Assembly: GCF_006345805.1 (NCBI RefSeq)
Contig: NC_043021.1
Location: 6,386,001-6,450,000 of the forward strand
Direction: 5' to 3'
Source of the DNA: Octopus sinensis
Taxonomy: Eukaryota
Length of the DNA: 64,000 bases
Shown here: positions 26,122 through 35,368 of the stretch, one piece after another
How the letters are laid out: every line of letters starts with the position of its first letter
How positions within the stretch are numbered: position 1 is the stretch's first letter
Notes under the pieces: model-generated
The model's database searches: none
Seen by the model: the letters and a program-made list of their open reading frames with translations, nothing else
Told to the model about the DNA's origin: nothing
Program-made: the position numbers and the translations under genes

Positions 26122-28123
26122 CATATATATATATAAAGTCATGAATAACAGAAATAGTTTTATGGAATTTTATTTAACACTAAGAAAATTCTAGTATCGC
26201 GACAAATTGTTTCGTAACTTAAAAACATGTAAATAACTTAAATTATTATATTTGATAATAAATGAATTACTTACACATATACAGACATAAGCATAAACAT
26301 ATATAAATACAGGGTGGGTGCAAAAGTTGGTATACACGTACAATACTCGTTTATTTTTATCAAAGAAATAAAAAGTTACGATAAAGGTATTATTATAGTT
26401 ATGATAAATGTGGCTGTGTGGTAAGTAGCTTGCTAACCAACCACATGGTTCCGGGTTCAGTTCCACTGTGTGGCACCTTGGGCAAGTGTCTTCTGCTATA
26501 GCCTCGGGGCCGACCAATGCCTTGTGAGTGGATTTGGTAGCCGGAAAACTGAAAGAAGCCCGTAGCTATTATATGTATATATATATCTATATATGTGTGT
26601 GTATGGTTGTGTGCTGTGTTTGTCCCCTAGCATTGCTTGACAAACCGATGCTGGTGGGTTTACGTCCCGTCACTTAGCGGTTCGGCAAAAGAGACTGATA
26701 GAATAAGTACTGGGCTTACAAAAAGAATAAGTCCCGGGGTCGATTGCTCGACTAAAAGGCGGTGCTCCAGCATGGCCGCAGTCAAAATGACTGAAACGAG
26801 TAAAGGAGTAAAGAGTTATGATTAATGACACTGAAAATGAGGTTAACTAATTGAATGTGCTAATAATTTTGATGAATTAAGTTATTATAACATTGATTTG
26901 ATACTTAATGCATACCTACTTTTGCACTCCCCCTTGTATGTGCATATATGTACACTATACAACTGATTAATTCATGCTCTCTCCTCTAGATGTGAGTAGA
27001 TATGTAGCTACCCTACAACAAGAATCTGCTCTACCTACAATGGGTCCAAGGACTGTATGTACTGGGTGCTTTTTTCATGCCACTGGCAGTATTGAGATTA
27101 CCATGCAGCTCACAAATCTACAAGACCTGAGGAGTGTGGAAGTTCATATGTTAGATGGGGGGCTTAAGGTATGAGAGAAGAGAAGGGAGTGAGAGTAGGT
27201 GCTTGCTTCAGAGTCCCTACACATACACCACGCTCACGTGTGCACTTTATATACATCTATATGTACAGGGTGTCCCGTGGTGTCATATGGTAGGAAGTTC
27301 CATCCCAACAACATGGTTCCAGGTTCAGTCCCACTGTGTGGTACTTTAAGCAAGGGTTTTCTACAATAACCTTAGGCCTTGTGAATGAATTTGGCTGATG
27401 GAAATTGAAAGAAGCTAGTTGTATACACACACACACACACACATATACATATACCTGTGTGTGTTTGTCTCCTATCACAGATTGACAACTGGTGTTGGTT
27501 TGTTTACATCCCTGTGTGGTAAAAAGTCATTAAATTGAAATTTTGAACTCAAATGTCCATGGCATTTTGAAGCACTATCTATCTATCTATCTATCTATCT
27601 GTCTGTTTGTCTGTCTGTCTTTCTGTCCGTCTGTCTGTATATCTATCTATCTATCTATCTATGTCTGTCTATCTATATATCTATCTATCTATCTATTTCT
27701 GTCTATCTATCTGTCTGTCTGTTTGTCTGTCTGTCTGCCTATATCTATCTATCTATCTATTTATCTATCTATTTATCAATATGTATACACACACACATGC
27801 ACACACATACACACACACACACACATACACACACACAATGGAATCTGTTATTACACTGATGGATAATGTAATCAACAACTGCTTCCAGTTATTAAAATTA
27901 GTGGGCCTCAAAATCTTTATTTGCTTAATTTTATCAACTGGTTATTATTATCATTGAAATAGCTTTGTCTCTGAGAAACTACAACAAGTTGCTTCCAACG
28001 TATGTGTGCGAGTGCATGTGTGCATATACAGACATATATATACAAACATATATACACATACATCTATGCATATTAGATCATAGTTAACCTAGAGCTGAAC
28101 AATAACAGCAACAACAATAATAA

Positions 28124-28164
<41 letters not shown>

Positions 28165-28236
28165 TAATAATAATAATAATGATGATAATAATAATAATAA
28201 TAATAATAATTGATAATATAATAATAATAATAAAAC

Positions 28237-28306
<70 letters not shown>

Positions 28307-28346
28307 TAATAATAAAATAATAATAATAATAAAAATAATAATAATC

Positions 28347-28390
<44 letters not shown>

Positions 28391-28460
28391 TAATAAATCA
28401 TAATAAAAAAAATAATAATAATAATTTTTAATAAATAATATAATAAAATAAAAATAATAA

Positions 28461-28491
<31 letters not shown>

Positions 28492-28967
28492 AATAATAAG
28501 AATAATAATAACAACAGTCTTATTTGATGTTGTCTATCAGATGGAGCAGAAATTTTCAGAAAGCAACAAAGAGAACCTCAGAAACCATCAATATGTTTCC
28601 ATTCTTGTCCTTTACTCCTCCAAAAACTGTTTATGCCCTCTTACTCAACCTGCCCCCCCGCCACCACCATCACCACCACTAAGCTCAAAGCATTATGCAA
28701 TGTGCAATACAACAAAACAGATCTCTATTGTAGTAAAATGCAGCACAAATCAACTGCAGTTTTCATGTGCACCGCTGCCAATGCACACATCGCTAACGAT
28801 CAGTATGCTGTTGAATGGAGAGGGAGAGAGATAAAGAAAGAGAGAGAAAGAGAGAGAGGGAGAAAGAAGGAGAGCGGTGGTGGATTTCCTGACTAAATTT
28901 ATGAATACATGTGAAAGGTGTAGAGTTGCTTTGCTAGCAATTCCCCGGGTTTCTTTGCTTTATCAAA

Positions 28968-28987
28968 AGGTCAAAGGTCAAAGGTCA
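28968..28987 (+). promoter_or_regulatory. Three perfect AGGTCA half-sites with 1-nt spacing (double DR1), candidate nuclear-receptor element
   Basis: AGGTCA-A-AGGTCA-A-AGGTCA in apparently unique sequence. Confidence 0.35.
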
Positions 28988-29362
28988 CGTTAGAAATAAA
29001 CATAAAATGTATAAAGCTGTCAGAATCTTTAGCATTTTGGACAAAATGCTCAGCAGTATTTCTTCCAGCTCTTTACGTTCCGAGGTCAAATAACTCTGAA
29101 ATCAACTTTACCTTTTATCTTCCAGGGTTGATAAATGAAGTACCAGTCAAGTATTAGGCTAATTGACTACTCTCCCCTATTGCTGGCTTTGTACCAAGTG
29201 TAAAACCCAATATATATATAGATATATCTATATATATATATATAATGATTTAATATATAGTTACTCTAAACATGAAAACACAAAGAGAAAACACAACAAC
29301 GCGAGGACATGGAACAAGTATAGGGTTATTGGACGCTCAGGAAAGGAAAGGATGAAGGAGGA

Positions 29363-29396
29363 TTTAACATTTCGAGCGGAGCTCTTCGTCAGAAAC
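29363..29396 (-). ncRNA. Decayed minimal type I hammerhead (PLE pLTR type) in a ~200 bp repeat (about 29260-29460)
   Basis: Minus strand: GTTT-CTGACGA-A-GAGC(tcc)GCTC-GAAA-TGTT-AAAT. Helix III ATGT is one transition from the palindrome ACGT. Confidence 0.65.
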
Positions 29397-29560
29397 ATAG
29401 AAAAAGAAAAGGTCCAAATATAAACTATTAAGTGCATATACTAAAATGCATAACGCAGGTATGGTTATGCAAGCCAGTGGTTATCTAAAAAAATATATAA
29501 ATATATAAAAAATAATCAAAATTTAATACAAGGGCAATAATTTGGAAGTTGTTCCCTTAT

Positions 29561-29964
29561 AGGCGCAGGAGTGGCTGTGTGGTAAGTAGCTTGTTTACCA
29601 ACCATATGGTTCCGGGTTCAGTCCCACTGCGTGGCACCTTGGGCAAGTGTCTTCTACTATAGCCTCAGGCCGACCAAAGCCTTGTGAGTGGATTTAGTAG
29701 ACGGAAACTAAAAGAAGCATGTCGCATATATGTATATATATATATATATGCGTGTGTGTGTTTGTGTGTCTGTGTTTGTCCCCCTAGCATTGCTTGACAA
29801 CCGATGCTGGTGTGTTTATGACCCCGTTACTTAGCGGTTCGGCAAAAGAGACCGATAGAATAAGTACTGGGCTTACAAAAGAATAAGTCCCGGGGTTGAG
29901 TTGCTCGATTAAAGGTGGTGCTCCAGCATGGCCGCAGTCAAATGACTGAAACAAGTAAAAGAGT
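29561..29964 (+). mobile_element. Full-length tRNA-head SINE, family A (probably one of the octopus OK/OR SINEs)
   Basis: A box TGGCTGTGTGG, B box GGTTCAGTCCC, internal (TA)n(TG)n, tail GAAACAAGTAAAAGAG. Other plus-strand copies: 22042-22428, 26408-26817, 47326-47735 and 62476-62852. Confidence 0.88.
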
Positions 29965-31224
29965 TACCCCCATGTGAAAATTTGTTTGTTTACTCCAAAA
30001 TCTTATACAATCTCAAGTGATTTTATCATGTTTTCATCCAAGATGGAGACAAACACCAAAGTCTCATGCAACAGGCTTGATAATTGTTAAGTGATGTACT
30101 TCTCTTAGCATGAAACCAATGGCAACCTGGTTAACCCACAAATAAAACGTGGGTTTGTGTGCTGCTAGACATTTCTAAAATCTTAAATACCTCAACCAAG
30201 TAGTTAAAGAAGCAAAATCAAAGAAAAAGGAAAATGCCCTTCCCATGCCTCAAAGATTGCAGATAGTTCCTGAGAAGTTTTCTGACATTAACAAAGTTTT
30301 CTGTGGGCAGTTTTCAAGATAATTAGCATCGTTTCGAAAAGAGAAAGACAATTAGAAGATTGGTGAAAGACATTAAATGATAATTTGACATTTCCAAATG
30401 AAAACTAATTTCTGCTGCGAACAGAAGTTTCTAGAATAAAGAGGAAAAAAATTTGAAAAATCACCAAATGCATTTTCAGAAAAATTTGAAAATCTCAATA
30501 AGAGAAAAAGAAAGAAACCAAAAAAAAAAAAAAAATCCAAAAGAAGCAAATCCAAACAGTCTGGACTGGATTGAAGATTTAATTCTAATCAACTAGATTC
30601 CAATTTGGTGGTGGTTGCGCGCATTTTCAACATTATTGCAATGATCATCATAATCATCACCATCACCATCACCATCACCATACTATTATCCGAGAAGAAA
30701 AAGCTGCCACCATCGCCAACTTTACAGTTAATATCTTTCCTTTCATTGCCTTCATAATAATTGTCATAAGCATCATCATCATAGTCAGCACCACCACTAA
30801 CAACAACAGCTTTTTTATTTATTTTTTATTTTGTCATCATCCCCTTCTTTGTCATCCTCATCATGCCACCACGGCCACCACCACTATTTTAAGGTTCCAA
30901 TTGGCATATTTGGCATGGAACTCAATCCTGGATGTAATTACCCTGAGAAGCTTGTCCACCAACGCAACCCTCACAGTCAAGTTCTTGCACACAAGTTTCA
31001 AACCTCCAGTTAATTAAAACTAAAACCATTTTGACTATTAGACTGGAACTACGGAAATGGAATTCCATTAAAGTAACAACAACAACAACTATTACAGTAT
31101 CTCCATCATCATCATCATCATTGTCTCTATCTTCACTTTTCTCAACAACATCACCATAATTATCATCATCATCATGACTATTCTTGCATCATCGTCATCA
31201 GTATTTTTACCTTCCTCAATGCTA

Positions 31225-31793
31225 TGAGAGGATGCTGGAAAGTTCCTGGCTTTAAAGGTGGCATCACAACATCACAAGCGGAAAGTGTAACCTCTCGAAA
31301 GAGCTGTTCTTCACTCCTGCTCCAGAGCATCGGCTGCGGGGCCACTCCGAAAAGCTCTATCTGCGACGATTTCATCTCAATCGAAGGAGAGGGGCTTTCT
31401 CCGTCCGGACTGCGGATCCGTGGAATAAGCTGCCGGACGAGATAGTGAAGATGCCGAGGACCGCTCGGTTCAAAGTCTCTCTTGACCAGAAATGGCCTGA
31501 ACTCTTTGCATGAACACCCTCCCTGTACATAACTCCATGTCCCCCTACATGACCTTGCTTTTTGCTTTTTGAGCCAAAAAAATTTAACTTAACTTAACTT
31601 AACTTAAGGGTATTGCGAAAGGCCTGGTTGGAGGCCAAGCCTTCCGAGTTCTTTTACAGGGCTTAGAAAAACTGAAGGACCACTGCAATAAGTGTGTGAA
31701 TCTGAGAGGGGAATATGTTGACCAAAATCACAATTAACAGAATCCTCCTGTATTTTATTTTACTCAAAGCCAGGAATTTTCAGCATCCCCTTG
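31225..31793 (+). mobile_element. Mariner-derived MITE (TA-flanked TIRs) interrupted by the CR1 insertion
   Basis: TIRs GAGAGGATGCTGGAAAGTTCCTGGCTTT / AAAGCCAGGAATTTTCAGCATCCCCTTG. The internal part encodes a mariner C-terminus (GLEKLKDHCNKCVNLRGEYV). Confidence 0.85.
31256..31607 (+). mobile_element. 5'-truncated CR1-group LINE 3' end with (AACTT)n tail
   Basis: Translates SGKCNLSKELFFTPAPEHRLRGHSEKLYLRRFHLNRRRGAFSVRTADPWNKLPDEIVKMPRTARFKVSLDQKWPELFA* (stop 31511-31513). This matches the CR1 RGHxxKL...FSxR...WNxLP...FKxxLD tail. Confidence 0.85.
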
Positions 31794-31936
31794 TACTGTC
31801 ATTATCATTATCATCACCACTATCACAATCATCATCATCGGTAGACTGTCACAATCAAGGCAATGAAGAGCTTCTATATGCTTGCTTGATGTACTAGAAA
31901 TAACAGCCAATTAATCTCCATTCTCCAGAGATTGCA

Positions 31937-32150
31937 GCACAGATTTTTGTCAGTGAACAGGTCGCGGTCTTAAAGTGACGAAAATATTTTGACAAATTAA
32001 ACTTAAATGTTGAAGTGAATTGAACGGCTTTTATGTCTTTCTTAAATGGCTTAAAAACACCTTCCACGCTGCAATTGTTTTCGTTTCAGCACACAATCTC
32101 AGATCAAATCACTTGCTATGCAAGTACATCTCCGTAATCTCCATTCTGTA
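31937..32150 (+). mobile_element. Dispersed copy of the G3-C8 hammerhead-bearing repeat
   Basis: Collinear with 38925-39060 and with the reverse complement of 38741-38921. Confidence 0.8.
31946..31996 (+). ncRNA. Minimal type I hammerhead-like motif with G3-C8 swapped core (GUGAACA)
   Basis: TTTGTCA-GTGAACA-G-GTCGC(ggtcttaaa)GTGAC-GAA-AATATT-T-TGACAAA. Helix I is 7 bp, helix II 5 bp, helix III is the palindrome AATATT, and H17 is U. Confidence 0.75.
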
Positions 32151-32371
32151 ACTCTTGTATTGTTTTTTCGCACACTCAGCATACCCTGGATGCCTTCCAT
32201 GGAATATAAAAAGAACTTTTTTCTGCTCATCATTCTTCCATAAAGAAAAATAATCTGCAACCTTCTGTCTCAATAAACTACTATTGTTCCTGAAAGTTGT
32301 TTTTCTGATATTTACTATGGATTGCTTGAAGCTAACTTTCTTCCTACACCTTGATGTCAGAATCTTACATT

Positions 32372-32418
<47 letters not shown>

Positions 32419-33492
32419 ACACACACACACAGACACACACACACACAAAGGGTTTCTTTCGGCCCAAGGCTGTAGTAGAAGAAAACTGACCCATGGTGCC
32501 ACACAGTGAGACTGAACTCGGAACCATGTGGTTGGGAAGCAAGCTTCTTACTACACAGCATAAATAACCAGACTTGAAAAAAAAATGCTCTGCAGTTGAT
32601 TTATTCAACTAAACCCCTTCATGATGGTGCTCCAGCATGGCCACAGACTAGTGACTAAATCAAGTAAAGGATAAAAGATATGTGTATTTGTGAGTGTGCA
32701 TGTGTATATGTATACATATGTGTGCGTGTGTATACTCTTTTACTCTTTTACTTGTTTCAGTCATTTGACTGTGGCCATGCTGGAGCACCGCCTTTAGTTG
32801 AGCAAATCGACCCCGGGACTTATTCTTTGTAAGCCCAGTACTTATTCTATCGATCTGTTTTGCCGAACCGCTAAGTGACGGGGACGTAAACACACCAGCA
32901 TCGGTTGTCAAGCAATGCTAGGGGGACAAACACAGACACACAAACATATACACACATATATATATATATACATATATACGACAGGCTTCTTTCAGTTTCC
33001 ATCTACCAATTCCACTCATAAGGCATTGGTCGGCCCGGGGCTATAGCAGAAGACACTTGCCCAAGATGCTACGCAGTGGGATTGAACCCGGAACCATGTG
33101 GCTGGTTAGCTGCTACTTACCACACAGCAACTCCTGTATGTATATATATATATATATGTATATGGAGAAGGCGCATGGCTTAGTGGTTAGGGGTATTCAT
33201 CTCACAGTCATAAGGTTGTGAGTTCAATACCCAGCAACACACCATGTCCTTGAGCAAGACACTTTATTTCGCATTGCTCCAGTCCACTCAGCTGGCAAAA
33301 ATGAGTAGTGCCTGTATTTCAAAGGGCTAGCCTTGTCACACTCTGTGTCACACTGAATCTCTCCAAGAACTACATTAAGGGTACACATGTCCAAGGAGTG
33401 CTCAGCCACTTGCACATTAATTTCTCAAGCAGTCTGTTTCATTGATCGGATCAAATGGAAACCTTGTCATCGTAACCCACAGAGTGGCAGTT

Positions 33493-33545
<53 letters not shown>

Positions 33546-33925
33546 ATATATAATAAAATATTAGGGAATAAATCCAAACTTACAGGGAAAAATCAGATTT
33601 AGGATTGAATCCAATTTTATAGTAAAATATTATATTATATTAAATTAGAGATAAAACCACTATTAGGCAAATCAAACAATGAAAAACTTAAGCCAATACA
33701 TAAAATTAATTAATTTATATTATTTTAAATATATATCAAAAGTATTAAAAGTTTAATAAAAGATAATGAGTAAAACACTACGATCATATATATATATACA
33801 TGAGTCAGTTGATGGCCTCCACTACCTCAAATGTTCTTAAAATTTAAATCCACATCTTTGTCTATATATCTACCTTCTCTATAATGTTGCCACTTGATAT
33901 GAAAATTTTTGTATTAATGGAAATC

Positions 33926-34029
33926 CTCTATAATTGGCTGATGAGTGCTCAGCATTTTAAAACTGTTGTAATACTTACAACATTTAATTAAATGATGTAG
34001 TACGAAACGATCGTACCAAATTACCGGAG
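33926..34029 (+). ncRNA. Type I hammerhead ribozyme, copy 1
   Basis: Helix I TAATTGG/CCAAATTA (one bulged A) plus distal CTCT/GGAG. Core CTGATGA 33938-33944. Helix II GTGCT/AGTAC extended by CATTT/AAATG and TGTTGTAA/TTACAACA. GAAA 34004-34007. Palindromic helix III ACGATCGT. Predicted GUA cleavage after 34015. Confidence 0.9.
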
Positions 34030-34120
34030 TCATTCTTGTTGCTTATTTTGAGTATATATATATATATGTAGATATACGCAGTCACGTATATGTGCATATG
34101 AGTGTGTGTGTGTGTAAAAC

Positions 34121-34226
34121 CTCTATAATTGGCTGATGAGTGCTCAGCATTTTAAAACTGTTGTAATACTTACAACATTTAATTAAATGATGTATAGTAC
34201 AAAACGATCGTACCAAATTACCGGAG
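34121..34226 (+). ncRNA. Type I hammerhead ribozyme, copy 2, with G12A core mutation (probably inactive)
   Basis: Same fold as copy 1, but GAAA reads AAAA at 34201-34204. Confidence 0.85.
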
Positions 34227-34315
34227 TCGTTCTTGTTGCTTATTTTGAGTATATATATATATGTAGATATACGCAGTCACGTATATGTGCATATGAGTGT
34301 GTGTGTGTGTAAAAC

Positions 34316-34421
34316 CTCTATAATTGGCTGATGAGTGCTCAGCATTTTAAAACTGTTGTAATACTTACAACATTTAATTAAATGATGTATAGTACGAAAC
34401 GATCGTACCAAATTACCGGAG
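34316..34421 (+). ncRNA. Type I hammerhead ribozyme, copy 3
   Basis: CTGATGA 34328-34334, GAAA 34396-34399, ACGATCGT helix III, predicted GUA cleavage after 34407. Confidence 0.9.
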
Positions 34422-34516
34422 TCGTTCTTGTTGCTTATTTTGAGTATATATATATATGTAGATATACGCAGTCACGTATATGTGCATATGAGTGTGTGTG
34501 TGTGTGTGTGTAAAAC

Positions 34517-34622
34517 CTCTATAATTGGCTGATGAGTGCTCAGCATTTTAAAACTGTTGTAAAACTTACAACATTTAATTAAATGATGTATAGTACGAAA
34601 CGATCGTACCAAATTACCGGAG
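34517..34622 (+). ncRNA. Type I hammerhead ribozyme, copy 4
   Basis: CTGATGA 34529-34535, GAAA 34597-34600, predicted GUA cleavage after 34608. The helix II apical loop reads AAC instead of TAC. Confidence 0.9.
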
Positions 34623-35337
34623 TCATTCTTGTTGCTTATTTTGAGTATATATATATATATGTAGATATACGCAGTCACGTATATGTGCATATGATTGAGT
34701 GTGTGTGTGTGTGTATGTGTGTACTGCACAACACCTATTTAACAATAGCATGGTGTGTAGGTGACAATTGTAAACTGAGGCGTACAGTAACAACCATCAC
34801 CTGTTATCAGAAGCAGGTGTCATATCGTAATTGAAAATGAATGAAATTAAAAAGAAAATAGGAAAAAAAAAAAATCAATCAGTTTTTGTAACTACCATCT
34901 ACTCTGCTTGTCACGACGACCACCACCACCACCACTACTACTGGTACTACATTCACCAAACTAATATCTTCTCTTAGTATGTACACTACCTGTCACAACC
35001 TTCATACCATGTTGCCCACACTACAACTTCAGCTACCACTACAACCAACATCATACCTTCACCTGGATGTCGTGCACACATCACCACTATACACTACCGC
35101 ACACACACACATAATCACTACATATATATGACACCACATGCATGCACAATCACCACTACTATCGCCACCACCATCACCGTCCACACACACATGTACACAC
35201 TATCACCATCACACACATACACCATCACCACCACTGTAACCATCACCATACATACACACACATACAAAATCACCACCATACACACACATGCGCTTACCAT
35301 TACCACAACACACATACACAATCACCATCACCACCAC

Positions 35338-35368
<31 letters not shown>

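Larger units (their letters stand above)
33925..34714 (+). repeat. Head-to-tail array of four ~195-201 bp units, each with a type I hammerhead ribozyme (retrozyme-like / tandem pLTR)
   Basis: CTGATGA recurs at 33938, 34133, 34328 and 34529 (periods 195, 195, 201). Units are near-identical, differing mainly in (TA)n/(TG)n length and a few substitutions. Confidence 0.95.

Noticed and set aside
26195-26220. Minus-strand GAAACAATTTGTC, resembling the 3' half of a hammerhead
   Set aside because: No CUGANGA partner or helix I strand nearby.
29561-29640. tRNA-like sequences with A and B boxes (many copies)
   Set aside because: They are SINE heads followed by SINE bodies. I could not fold a complete cloverleaf.
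32109-32330. Non-repetitive part of ORF 32109-32561 next to the G3-C8 hammerhead repeat
   Set aside because: No recognisable motif on either strand. It may be PLE-derived but cannot be supported.
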